A DNA stretch of 63,366 bases, the filler included, from Octopus bimaculoides (lineage: Eukaryota), in the NCBI RefSeq assembly GCF_001194135.2. It is 11 parts of 10 records of this genome, joined end to end, with 100 filler letters (N's around TTAATTAATTAA, not from the genome) between each part and the next. Parts side by side here need not be neighbours in the genome. Positions count along the whole stretch, not along the records: positions 43,955 to 47,710 come from NC_068991.1; positions 47,811 to 62,165 come from NC_068997.1; 9 more parts are not named here. One strand, given 5' to 3'. This document shows positions 47,218 through 60,285 of the stretch, piece after piece. Position 1 is the stretch's first letter. The number at the start of each line of letters is the position of its first letter. The translations under genes were made by a program, and so were the position numbers. A model generated the notes under the pieces. It had not been told where the DNA came from, ran no database searches, and saw only the letters and a program-made list of their open reading frames with translations.

Positions 47218-47262
47218 CACATGCTGATGACGGGTCAATACCCAGAAACTCGGGTCCATGTG
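47218..47262 (+). ncRNA. Type I hammerhead ribozyme, stand-alone
   Basis: CACAUG-CUGAUGA-C-GGGU-CAAU-ACCC-A-GAAA-C-UCGG-G-UC-CAUGUG: perfect 6-bp stem I, 4-bp stem II, GUC triplet. Confidence 0.85.
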
Positions 47263-47667
47263 TATCACGTGAGGCTGGAGATGGAAACGATGACTTCCCT
47301 TTGCAAATACTAATAGGGCACAGATAGTGTGTCAATAGCCATAAGATGTCTTCCTGGGGCTACAAGCTACCGTAGCATCAACTCTTAAGGGTTAGCCACA
47401 TTTAGGTGGCAAATATACTTCACGATAGATATATATATATATATATATAAGTTCAAAAAAAGGAAGAAGAAGACAAAAAAACAACAACAAAAAAACAACA
47501 ACAAAAAAACAACAACGTGAGGACGTGATACAGATCGTGTTATTAGGTGCTCGGGAAAAGAAAGAAAGAGAATATGACGTTTCGAGTGGAGCTCTTCGTC
47601 GGAAACAAAGAAAGTCCAAAGAAGGGAAAAACGGAGGAAGAAAAAATCGCCACCGATATCCACAAGG

Positions 47668-47710
<43 letters not shown>

Positions 47711-47839
47711 NNNNNNNNNNNNNNNNNNNNNNNNNNNNNNNNNNNNNNNNNNNNTTAATTAATTAANNNNNNNNNNNNNNNNNNNNNNNNNNNNNNNNNN
47801 NNNNNNNNNNGGTTGGTTGGCTGGTTGGTTGGTGGTGGT

Positions 47840-49560
47840 TACGTGTCGTAATGATGACGATGCTGAAGAAGTTGGATGGTGATGTATTATATGGTGGTGG
47901 TGCGTTTATGCTGTTGTTGTTGTTGTTGTGGTGGTGGTGGTGGTGGTGGTGCCGCCACCGCCGCCGCCACCGCTGCTGCTGCTGCTGCTAGTGTATAATG
48001 CTATTGCAGTGCGAAGCTATGTGTTGTTATAGGACGTTGTTGTGAGGTGACTGTGGATTTTGTGCAGCGTTGTTTGTTGTGAAGTGGTATGTCATATGGA
48101 GGTGCTGTTGGTAAATGGTGGAGGAGTCGTGTGGTGGCGCTATTAATGTGTGGTGGTGCAGTCTCGTGGTGGAGTTTTTTTGTTTTGTAGAGTTGCCGTG
48201 AGGTAATGGGATGCTCTGTGGCGATGTTGATATGCCGTGATAGTACTGGTGGTGGTGGTGNNNNNNNNNNNNNNNNNNNNNNNNNNNNNNNNNNNNNNNN
48301 NNNNNNNNNNNNNNNNNNNNNNNNNNNNNNNNNNNNNNNNNNNNNNNNNNNNNNNNNNNNNNNNNNNNNNNNNNNNNNNNNNNNNNNNNNNNNNNNNNNN
48401 NNNNNNNNNNNNNNNNNNNNNNNNNNNNNNNNNNNNNNNNNNNNNNNNNNNNNNNNNNNNNNNNNNNNNNNNNNNNNNNNNNNNNNNNNNNNNNNNNNNN
48501 NNNNNNNNNNNNNNNNNNNNNNNNNNNNNNNNNNNNNNNNNNNNNNNNNNNNNNNNNNNNNNNNNNNNNNNNNNNNNNNNNNNNNNNNNNNNNNNNNNNN
48601 NNNNNNNNNNNNNNNNNNNNNNNNNNNNNNNNNNNNNNNNNNNNNNNNNNNNNNNNNNNNNNNNNNNNNNNNNNNNNNNNNNNNNNNNNNNNNNNNNNNN
48701 NNNNNNNNNNNNNNNNNNNNNNNNNNNNNNNNNNNNNNNNNNNNNNNNNNNNNNNNNNNNNNNNNNNNNNNNNNNNNNNNNNNNNNNNNNNNNNNNNNNN
48801 NNNNNNNNNNNNNNNNNNNNNNNNNNNNNNNNNNNNNNNNNNNNNNNNNNNNNNNNNNNNNNNNNNNNNNNNNNNNNNNNNNNNNNNNNNNNNNNNNNNN
48901 NNNNNNNNNNNNNNNNNNNNNNNNNNNNNNNNNNNNNNNNNNNNNNNNNNNNNNNNNNNNNNNNNNNNNNNNNNNNNNNNNNNNNNNNNNNNNNNNNNNN
49001 NNNNNNNNNNNNNNNNNNNNNNNNNNNNNNNNNNNNNNNNNNNNNNNNNNNNNNNNNNNNNNNNNNNNNNNNNNNNNNNNNNNNNNNNNNNNNNNNNNNN
49101 NNNNNNNNNNNNNNNNNNNNNNNNNNNNNNNNNNNNNNNNNNNNNNNNNNNNNNNNNNNNNNNNNNNNNNNNNNNNNNNNNNNNNNNNNNNNNNNNNNNN
49201 NNNNNNNNNNNNNNNNNNNNNNNNNGGTGGTGGTGGTGGTGATAGTGGTGGTGGAGGTCGTGGTGGTGACGGTATATGACAGAATGGAGCTGGAGTGTGC
49301 TGGTTCAGGGGGAGAGAGAACGGTGTAAGGGTGCAGGAGATGATTGGAAGGTTGCTGATTACGTGCGATGGTATGGAAATTATCACAATGGTGATAGTAC
49401 TGGATGGTTCTGGCAATGGTTGTCGCTGATGTTGTTATTTACTCCAGGTGAGCTTGGATCCAGAAGATTCATAATCAAAGGCTATCAAGCCATGATTATC
49501 CTGCTTATCGATCTACAGGAAAGTCAAACCAACATTACCTAAGTTTAGAAGGCAACGTGC

Positions 49561-49617
<57 letters not shown>

Positions 49618-50170
49618 GTGAGAGGGAGAGAGATTTGGCTGCTATTTCTACAACATTACACAGCAAGGTACAGGCTACCGTATGGAAGTGTTAAGCTAGG
49701 TGGTAGTTACTGGAGGAGGTGGTGTAGATAATAGTGGTAGTGATGGTGATGATAGTGCTCGGTGGGTGTGTAGTTACGGTGGTGGGGGTCATAAAATGGA
49801 AGTAGTTGGTGNNNNNNNNNNNNNNNNNNNNNNNNNNNNNNNNNNNNNNNNNNNNNNNNNNNNNNNNNNNNNNNNNNNNNNNNNNNNNNNNNNNNNNNNN
49901 NNNNNNNNNNNNNNNNNNNNNNNNNNNNNNNNNNNNNNNNNNNNNNNNNNNNNNNNNNNNNNNNNNNNNNNNNNNNNNNNNNNNNNNNNNNNNNNNNNNN
50001 NNNNNNNNNNNNNNNNNNNNNNNNNNNNNNNNNNNNNNNATGGTGGTATGATGGTGTTAATGATATGGTGGTAATGATGGTGCTATTCATAGTGGTGATG
50101 GTGGTCTAGTGCTGGTGGTAGAGAAGGTGGACGGGGTGGTGGAATTGTCTGGTGGTTAATTTTGCTGGTC
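47840..50170. repeat. (GGT)n/(GTT)n low-complexity region largely in gaps
   Basis: Direct reading. Confidence 0.85.
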
Positions 50171-50625
50171 ATAGAATGACGTTTGTGTGTGTAGCGGGGA
50201 GTATTATGAGATGGGGGTAGTGAAAGAATGGTTGGCAACGAAGTGGGGAGAAGCGGAATGAATGGTAGTAAATTTTGGAAAAAGGCATGGTACTTCAGGA
50301 AGAATAAGAAAGCGAAACCTAAACAGAAATAGAGTAAAATGGAAGAAAGGAGAAGGGAGAGAAAAGAAGGAAGTGTAATGAAAAGAAAAAAGAGAAAATG
50401 ACTGTAACAGAGAGATCAAAGGAAGGTCTGATAGAAAGAGAGAGAGAGAGCATGCATGTATGGATGCACGTATCTAATAAACCTTAGAACGCTAGAGAAG
50501 TGAGACGCAAGAGTAAGATGTAATTCCATATGGTAGCAGCTGTCCTTATTCATTTTCGCTTAAAAATGAATTATGAAACGGCTGTAACCATACGTTCAAA
50601 TGTATATATTATCGTTTACTCGTTT

Positions 50626-50945
50626 CGGTCAATATACTGTGCCCATGCAGGCATACCGTGGAAGTAAACAATCCAACACTGATAGTTTAGCGGTGGTGGG
50701 AGGCAAACACATACATAAAGACACATTCATACATACATACATACATACATACATACATACATACATACATACATACATACATAATGTATGCGTGTGTCTT
50801 CTCTAGGTTTCCGTCTACCAAATCTATTTACAAAGCTTTATTCGACCCGTGGTTTATAGTAGAAGATATTTGTCTAAGGTGCTACGCAGTGAAACTGAAC
50901 CCGAAACCATGTGCTTGGGAAGCAACATTCTTACCACGCAGCGGT
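50626..50945 (-). mobile_element. SINE family A, deleted and decayed
   Basis: GTTTCCGTCTACCAAATC...GAACCCGAAACCATGTGCTTGGGAAGCAAC...CTTACCAC. Confidence 0.7.
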
Positions 50946-51250
50946 ATTAACGTTACCATCTCACTACCACTTCATGTTTGTCTCTTACACAACTTTGTCC
51001 TCCCCTTCTCTGATATCAACCACATTCACAATGCCACCGCATTTCCCTCACACTAACACTCTTACACCCTTTTCACTTTATCAAAAGTTAGCCAAAACCC
51101 TAATATTTTCATTGAAATCCAATTAGCCTATAATTGAACTGGATGTTAGCTTAATATATATGCAAAGTTTCGTCAAGATACGTTCACTGGAATAGGCAGT
51201 AAGATGGCAACAGACAGAGACAAACAAATATTGACATTTATGTATTATAT
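50946..51250 (+). mobile_element. Possible non-autonomous Helitron/Helentron-like element
   Basis: 3' part GCAAAGTTTCGTCAAGATACGTTCACTGG...ACAGACAGAGACAAACAAA...ACATTTATGTATTATA resembles DINE/Lep1-type ends (recalled pattern, not searched). Confidence 0.35.
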
Positions 51251-52833
51251 ATATATATATATATATATATNNNNNNNNNNNNNNNNNNNNNNNNNNNNNN
51301 NNNNNNNNNNNNNNNNNNNNNNNNNNNNNNNNNNNNNNNNNNNNNNNNNNNNNNNNNNNNNNNNNNNNNNNNNNNNNNNNNNNNNNNNNNNNNNNNNNNN
51401 NNNNNNNNNNNNNNNNNNNNNNNNNNNNNNNNNNNNNNNNNNNNNNNNNNNNNNNNNNNNNNNNNNNNNNNNNNNNNNNNNNNNNNNNNNNNNNNNNNNN
51501 NNNNNNNNNNNNNNNNNNNNNNNNNNNNNNNNNNNNNNNNNNNNNNNNNNNNNNNNNNNNNNNNNNNNNNNNNNNNNNNNNNNNNNNNNNNNNNNNNNNN
51601 NNNNNNNNNNNNNNNNNNNNNNNNNNNNNNNNNNNNNNNNNNNNNNNNNNNNNNNNNNNNNNNNNNNNNNNNNNNNNNNNNNNNNNNNNNNNNNNNNNNN
51701 NNNNNNNNNNNNNNNNNNNNNNNNNNNNNNNNNNNNNNNNNNNNNNNNNNNNNNNNNNNNNNNNNNNNNNNNNNNNNNNNNNNNNNNNNNNNNNNNNNNN
51801 NNNNNNNNNNNNNNTATATATATATATACACATACAGACACACACATAGAAATAGATAGATGCCTACATTTCCTAAAGTGCGGCGTACACACTAAGGTGA
51901 TGTAATTCCCAGTATAATAGTAGTTATCCCCAAAAAAACACATTTGATGCATGGATTGTAATGTTGGAACTAATTCACAGTTCACTGCTATGTACCGAAC
52001 TAATATCAGGTTTTCGCAATATATTATATTTCCCCCTTTGTGTGTGTGCCTTTGTGTATGTATTTTTATACATACATACACACACACATATAAAATTACA
52101 ATACTGGTATATATACATATACATATGCATATATATATATGTACATGTACATATATCTATACATAAGNNNNNNNNNNNNNNNNNNNNNNNNNNNNNNNNN
52201 NNNNNNNNNNNNNNNNNNNNNNNNNNNNNNNNNNNNNNNNNNNNNNNNNNNNNNNNNNNNNNNNNNNNNNNNNNNNNNNNNNNNNNNNNNNNNNNNNNNN
52301 NNNNNNNNNNNNNNNNNNNNNNNNNNNNNNNNNNNNNNNNNNNNNNNNNNNNNNNNNNNNNNNNNNNNNNNNNNNNNNNNNNNNNNNNNNNNNNNNNNNN
52401 NNNNNNNNNNNNNNNNNNNNNNNNNNNNNNNNNNNNNNNNNNNNNNNNNNNNNNNNNNNNNNNNNNNNNNNNNNNNNNNNNNNNNNNNNNNNNNNNNNNN
52501 NNNNNNNNNNNNNNNNNNNNNNNNNNNNNNNNNNNNNNNNNNNNNNNNNNNNNNNNNNNNNNNNNNNNNNNNNNNNNNNNNNNNNNNNNNNNNNNNNNNN
52601 NNNNNNNNNNNNNNNNNNNNNNNNNNNNNNNNNNNNNNNNNNNNNNNNNNNNNNNNNNNNNNNNNNNNNNNNNNNNNNNNNNNNNNNNNNNNNNNNNNNN
52701 NNNNNNNNNNNNNNNNNNNNNNNNNNNNNNNNNNNNNNNNNNNNNNNNNNNNNNNNNNNNNNNNNNNNNNNNNNNNNNNNNNNNNNNNNNNNNNNNNNNN
52801 NNNNNNNNNNNNNNNNNNNNNNNNNNNNNNNNN

Positions 52834-52881
<48 letters not shown>

Positions 52882-52899
52882 TTTATGTATGTATGTATG

Positions 52900-53128
52900 C
52901 ATGTATGTATGAATATGTTTGTGCGTCTGTGTTTGTCCTCCCCAACATCGCTTGACAACCGATGCTGGTGTGTTTGTGTCTGCGTATCTTAGCGGTTCGA
53001 CCCAAGACACCGACAAAATAAGTACTAGGCTCACAAAGAATAAGTCCTGGTGTCGATTTGCTCGACTGAAGGCTGTTCTTCAACATGGCCGCAGTCAAAT
53101 GACTGGAACAAGTAAACGAATAAAAGAA
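52900..53128 (+). mobile_element. SINE family A 3' half
   Basis: CTTGACAACCGATGCTGGTGTGTTT...GGCCGCAGTCAAATGACTGGAACAAG. Confidence 0.85.
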
Positions 53129-53260
53129 TAATGTCTTGAATGGACATAACTCCCCTCCTTTAAATGGCTAGTTGTAAATTTCATTTGTCACCTTCAATAA
53201 ATTATGGCCATCACATTATACTAAACTGTTCCTTAATTTTTTTTTCTTTTCTAACCACAG

Positions 53261-53340
53261 AATTCCATCCATGGCGCACATCACCGTTTCTCCCACCCCT
53301 CTTTTCTTAGAACGTCACCCATCAACAGTAGGATACGCTG
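53261..53340 (+). CDS. Candidate 80-bp exon (unknown gene)
   Basis: Long polypyrimidine tract, CTAAC branch site, CACAG acceptor, CTG|GTGAGG donor; IPSMAHITVSPTPLFLERHPSTVGYA (phase 1/1). Confidence 0.5.
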
Positions 53341-53957
53341 GTGAGGTTTTATGGCTATTGATCGGGCTATAAAATTCAGTCAAATGGCACACGTACACTC
53401 CCATATACATACATACATATACACGTATATCCTTGTATGTGCACGTACATATCCGTATACTCATACACATAGCAGAAGGCACTAACACACGGACGCAAGT
53501 AAGGCGCGCGCTTTCTCTTCTTCACACGTATATGTGATGTGAATTAAAGTATCTTGTTCCATTTCATGCTCATTTTATATCTATAGATACACACAGACAC
53601 ACAAACACACACACACACACACACACAAATTTTACTTGTTTCAGTCATTTGATAGCGGCCATGCTGGGGTACATCCTTGAAATATTTTAGTCGAACAAAC
53701 CCCATCCTTTTGTGTAGAAAATTTTTATATACTCAGTTTCGCACCTTTAATGACAAGACTGAGGAGTTTCCTATCTTGGCGGTGCCTGCGAAAGACGCAG
53801 AGAATCGGACCTCAAGCATACAAAACGACACAGAATGGACATACGAATGTTTTGAAAAATGTGATTTAAGAAGATGGACAAAAACGAAACGAGCAAAACA
53901 CGGCCTTGCGATCAAAAGGCAAGAACGGTGGGTAACATACATGTATATACATATTTT

Positions 53958-54594
53958 GGATCTATTTTAAAACGGGGGCGCCAGTTTTCATTTATGTTTT
54001 ATGTAGTGTTTTTGGTACGGAAAGACTTTCAAACTTCGTATACTTATCTATTTTGTGTTATAGAACAGAAAAATATTTTTGTATTCGAATTTATTTCATG
54101 AAAAAAATTGTCTTATTTCGATAATTTCTACTAATCACTGACGTCTATTCAGTTGAAAACAGTTAGCGCTGTAACGGTGTATATCGTATTANNNNNNNNN
54201 NNNTAACCGTAACCCTAACCCTAAAACTAACCCTAACTCGAGAATCCGAACTCTAAAATTGTTACACACATAGATACGCACAGCGTAATTTATTATATAA
54301 ACAATATATGCGTATAAATTACGATTAAACCGGATGAAATATGTCACAGGGAATAACATTTTTATGACCGCCCAGCAGTAACTTTATTGAGCTGAATAGA
54401 CGTCAGTGATTGGTTGAAATTACAGAAATATGACAACTTTCACATGGAATAACTTGCGAATTCCTTTTTTTTGTTAAGAAGACTAAGAGTAAAAGATGTT
54501 TTATATGACACATTCTACCAGTGTCCCAAGTTTCAAAGTGTTTCGTTAGTGTTTCGTTAAGAAAATACTGGCGCCCCCGTTTTAAAATAGATCC
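53958..54594. mobile_element. MITE with 28-bp perfect TIRs and 8-bp TSD (Merlin-like)
   Basis: TIR GGATCTATTTTAAAACGGGGGCGCCAGT (53958-85 / 54567-94); TSD CATATTTT on both sides; inner 19-bp IR 54134-52 / 54392-410. Confidence 0.9.
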
Positions 54595-54664
54595 CATATT
54601 TTGACCAGTGGTGTATAACACCATCTGATGGTCTGGTCAATATTGTGATACTCTGATATATATA

Positions 54665-54752
54665 TACTCTTTTACTTGCTTCAGTCATTTGACTGTGGCC
54701 ATGCTGGAGCACCACCTTTAGTCGAGCAAATCGACCCCAGGACTTATTCTTT
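54665..54752 (-). mobile_element. SINE family A 3' tail fragment
   Basis: TTTTACTTGCTTCAGTCATTTGACTGTGGCCATGCTGGAGCACC; similar tail-only pieces at 47109-47158 and 53632-53690. Confidence 0.8.
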
Positions 54753-56161
54753 CAGAATATTAAAAAATAACGATGAAAGAGAAAAGGTTTTCAAATGTAA
54801 AATTGAAGACTTACAAAACACTAAACCAGTAGATATACAAGTAGTCAGACAAACAGAGCGACAAACAGACGGACAGGCAGATCGGCAATCAATCAGGCAA
54901 GCAGTCAAACTGGCTGAAGGAAAGGACAGATATAAATAAATATACAAATAACTTTATAAATAAATAAATAAGCTTAAAACCGAACAAGAAATAATAAAAA
55001 AAAATAAACGAAATAAATATAGAAAATAAGATAAGGCGGCAACCATGGTATGTCTTTGATGTTTTCTTTTTTATTTCTCCTTTTTAATATTGTTTTTGTT
55101 GGTCAATTTTATTTTTGTTTATTGTTTTGTATTTTTAGGTTGTATTTTTACTTAGTCCTTCCCTTTCTTGACCTCTTCGCCACTCATTTTGACCCCACCT
55201 TATCTNNNNNNNNNNNNNNNNNNNNNNNNNNNNNNNNNNNNNNNNNNNNNNNNNNNNNNNNNNNNNNNNNNNNNNNNNNNNNNNNNNNNNNNNNNNNNNN
55301 NNNNNNNNNNNNNNNNNNNNNNNNNNNNNNNNNNNNNNNNNNNNNNNNNNNNNNNNNNNNNNNNNNNNNNNNNNNNNNNNNNNNNNNNNNNNNNNNNNNN
55401 NNNNNNNNNNNNNNNNNNNNNNNNNNNNNNNNNNNNNNNNNNNNNNNNNNNNNNNNNNNNNNNNNNNNNNNNNNNNNNNNNNNNNNNNNNNNNNNNNNNN
55501 NNNNNNNNNNNNNNNNNNNNNNNNNNNNNNNNNNNNNNNNNNNNNNNNNNNNNNNNNNNNNNNNNNNNNNNNNNNNNNNNNNNNNNNNNNNNNNNNNNNN
55601 NNNNNNNNNNNNNNNNNNNNNNNNNNNNNNNNNNNNNNNNNNNNNNNNNNNNNNNNNNNNNNNNNNNNNNNNNNNNNNNNNNNNNNNNNNNNNNNNNNNN
55701 NNNNNNNNNNNNNNNNNNNNNNNNNNNNNNNNNNNNNNNNNNNNNNNNNNNNNNNNNNNNNNNNNNNNNNNNNNNNNNNNNNNNNNNNNNNNNNNNNNNN
55801 NNNNNNNNNNNNNNNNNNNNNNNNNNNNNNNNNNNNNNNNNNNNNNNNNNNNNNNNNNNNNNNNNNNNNNNNNNNNNNNNNNNNNNNNNNNNNNNNNNNN
55901 NNNNNNNNNNNNNNNNNNNNNNNNNNNNNNNNNNNNNNNNNNNNNNNNNNNNNNNNNNNNNNNNNNNNNNNNNNNNNNNNNNNNNNNNNNNNNNNNNNNN
56001 NNNNNNNNNNNNNNNNNNNNNNNNNNNNNNNNNNNNNNNNNNNNNNNNNNNNNNNNNNNNAAACAGGATTTGGAAGCTGTCATTTTGTGCGTGACAGCAC
56101 ATGTTGTCAACTTTAAACAAATGAAATATTGGTGGAATTCGAGCAGATCCATATTCAAAGG

Positions 56162-56400
56162 TGGAGGCGCAATGGCCCAGTGGTTAGGGCAGCGGACTCG
56201 CGGTCATAGGATCGCGGTTTCAATTTCCAGACAGGGCGTTGTGAGTGTTTATTGAGCGAAAACACCTAAAGCTCCACGAGGCTCCGGCAAGGGAAGGTGG
56301 CGAACCCTGCTGTACTCTTTCACTACAACTTTCTCTCACTCTTACTTCCTGTTTCTGTTGTGCCTATAATTCAAAGGGTCAGCCTTGTCACACTGTGTCA
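56162..56400 (+). mobile_element. SINE family C
   Basis: GGCGCAATGGCCCAGTGGTTAGGGCAGCGGACTCGCGGTCATAGGATCGCGGTTTC. Confidence 0.85.
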
Positions 56401-58012
56401 CGCGCGCACGCACACAAACACACACACACATACGCTTATATGCAAGTACATACGTTTGTACATGTGCATACTTGTATGTGTTTATGTACATAAGAGGTCT
56501 GATCAATATGTACTGTTGCTATAATAACGAAGCTAAAGCATCTGAATGACTCGCACACTTGGTTGCATCTCATACACTCCTCTCCATACCATTTCTGCAA
56601 CATTGTGTAGGCCTCTTATTAGATATCACCATGACAACTTTCTCAGTCATGGTCAATGCAACAATCACACGCTACACACCTTCCTTCCAAACACTGCTGC
56701 AAACAGCGGAAGTGAGCTAGAATGTTAAAACATANNNNNNNNNNACACTGCTGCAAACAGCGGAAGTGAGCTAGAATGTTAAAACATAGTGCGCATGCAC
56801 AGCAAAGTTTATGGTTAATCTGTGCCAAGGGGTTTTACTCTGCATCCTTTAGCTTCATTATTATGGCAACAGTCCGGGTACTTATTGATCAGTCCTCGTA
56901 TACACACACACATACACACACACATATATACTTTATACATACGTTGTTTCTGACCACACACACTCCTATATACAAATGTATGTCTGTAATGATGTATGTG
57001 TGCGTAGCCTTGGCTATGTCAAGATGGATTTTTATGTATTCTTCTTCCCTCTTGGATTTTAAATGTTGCATCAATTATAATATGTCTATTCTACTGTAAT
57101 TTTCTACATTTTTGTGCAGCTGAAGATTGCTCTACATATTGCATTTAATGTAACGCTCGCATTACTTAAATAAATGGAGTAGCATGAAACGTGCGTACTG
57201 CAGTCATCTTTAAAATCCGTGTTGCTTATTTTGATATATNNNNNNNNNNNNNNNNNNNNNNNNNNNNNNNNNNNNNNNNNNNNNNNNNNNNNNNNNNNNN
57301 NNNNNNNNNNNNNNNNNNNNNNNNNNNNNNNNNNNNNNNNNNNNNNNNNNNNNNNNNNNNNNNNNNNNNNNNNNNNTATATATATATATATATTTATATA
57401 TATACATATATACATTAATACGTACATACATAAGACAGTAGACAACACTTTTGATACAAACATGTACAGCATCTCAGTTGTTTATTTACAGCAGATGTTA
57501 GTTCAAGCATCTTATACAGATTTATAATTATTATATTACTATGAGATAGAAACTTAAGTAATAATGTCTTCGCTGCCTTGGTTACGAGTTAGATACGAGA
57601 TAGTCAAACATACAGATAGTCAAACCTATATATATGTATTTGTTTGTCACAGAGTGAGTGGGGAAAGGGGGAGGAGAGAGTTTGTTTGATAAAGAAAGAA
57701 AGAGGGATAGATAGAGTAGTTGACAATGTGAAACTATATGCAAATATTTGTATACATAATTACATATGTATATATGTGTGTGCGTGATATATATATGCAG
57801 GTATATATGTATAAAGATTATAAGGATGTCGTATCTATATGTGTGTAGAATCTATAAGTAGGTACACACATACATTCACACACACACACATATATGTATT
57901 TATATGTACGTGTGTGAATACACACATGCATACACACACAAACGCACACATATGCATGCATGAATGAGCGTGTACTATCCGTATCACGTCCTCACTTTGT
58001 TGTTTTTTTGAA

Positions 58013-58043
<31 letters not shown>

Positions 58044-60242
58044 NNNNNNNNNNATATATATTCATACATACACATATATGTATGTATATATATATACATA
58101 TATAGATATATGTGTGTGTGTGTGTGTATGTAGGAAAGAATTAAGTAAAGATTGGTGTCAAATGGTCGAACATGGTCTGGAAACGTTGATCTTGTTATCT
58201 TATGTTCTTCAAATGTAACGTTACGATTCAGAATATTATAGCATTTTCTTCCTTATTTTTTCTTTTTCTTTTTTTTTTTTCAAGTTTTACTGCGTATTCT
58301 GTTTGATCACTTTGTAAAATTTCTGATTGTTCTTGTTTACTTTGTTGTTGTTGTTGTTCTTGCTGTTTTCGCTTTTCCTGTTCTTGTTCATGTAATTTCT
58401 GCTACTTTCCTACTGACATTTGTACTTTCAAAATGGTGATTCCCCACGGTATATGTATATGTGTGCATACGTTTATGTACATATGCATGAATACGTTAGC
58501 GTAAGATGTACGCACATTCACTTATAAATACTTATACATGCACATATACACATACTTATATATTGAAGATAAATATACACAAATACATACATACGTATCA
58601 AAACGCATATATACATACATGCTTACGTGAATATGCAATTATATATAGATATGTTTGCGCGTATGTAGGTGCCTATACTTAGGTTTTTACATCCATTCTC
58701 TGTGTTGTTTATTTTAAGTACATGTCACGTTCAATAAACAAATCTCATTAGTAAGTCTAAGTTACATACATGAGATATCTCTACGTTGATATCTATGTGT
58801 AGATGATTGATACTACATACACTGCTACGTGTGGATAATATAATATGCTATAATATTATATATACATGTATATATATATATTTGTGTGTGGGTTGGTGTT
58901 TGTGTGTGTGTGTGTGTATGTCTGTGTGTTTATAAATAGATAGACAGATGCATATTCATATACATATATATGTATGTATATATGCATCTATATATCCATA
59001 TACCTANNNNNNNNNNNNNNNNNNNNNNNNNNNNNNNNNNNNNNNNNNNNNNNNNNNNNNNNNNNNNNNNNNNNNNNNNNNNNNNNNNNNNNNNNNNNNN
59101 NNNNNNNNNNNNNNNNNNNNNNNNNNNNNNNNNNNNNNNNNNNNNNNNNNNNNNNNNNNNNNNNNNNNNNNNNNNNNNNNNNNNNNNNNNNNNNNNNNNN
59201 NNNNNNNNNNNNNNNNNNNNNNNNNNNNNNNNNNNNNNNNNNNNNNNNNNNNNNNNNNNNNNNNNNNNNNNNNNNNNNNNNNNNNNNNNNNNNNNNNNNN
59301 NNNNNNNNNNNNNNNNNNNNNNNNNNNNNNNNNNNNNNNNNNNNNNNNNNNNNNNNNNNNNNNNNNNNNNNNNNNNNNNNNNNNNNNNNNNNNNNNNNNN
59401 NNNNNNNNNNNNNNNNNNNNNNNNNNNNNNNNNNNNNNNNNNNNNNNNNNNNNNNNNNNATATATATATATATATACAATATATATGTGTGTCTGTGTGT
59501 ATATATGATATTGCATATCTGTATATAATATTATACATATATAGAATATCATTCATACATACACACCTACATACGTACATAGATGCATGCATACATACAT
59601 GCATACATACATGCATACATACATACATACATACATACATACATGAAGTGGAAAGATTGATACGGGAGTTTCTTGTCATTAATCACGTGCATCTTTCCAC
59701 TCCTTGCACCGCACCCACGGGAGCGTAACTCGATATCTCCCGGCTAACATACTGGCAATATCCACCCATCACAACAGCTCATGATATATGCTGGCGTATC
59801 CTCACTGAGATACTGATGCAACAATGGACCGCGTTAACTTCCACGCTGATTCCCTTCGATCATAAACGCTTGACGGCAAGGACGACAACAATGATGACGG
59901 TGATCGCGGCCATGTTTGTGGTGGTAATGCTGGTAATGTTGGTGGTGGTCGTCGTCGTGGACTGGTTGTGGAGGTGATTTTAGTGGTGGTGATGGTGGTA
60001 GTAGCCCTGGTGATGGTGGTGGGGGGAGTGGAGGTGGTGGTCGTAGTGATGTTGGTGAAGATGTTGTTCTTGATGATGCGGATGAGGATGATGATGGTGG
60101 TGATGATAATGACGATGACGCCAATGACGACGCCTTAGCTGCAGTCGTGGAGATGTTAATGCCTTTTCCCGTGTTTTTGACGATGATGATAATAATAATG
60201 ACGATGATGATGATGATGAAGACGATGACGACGACGAGGACG

Positions 60243-60285
<43 letters not shown>

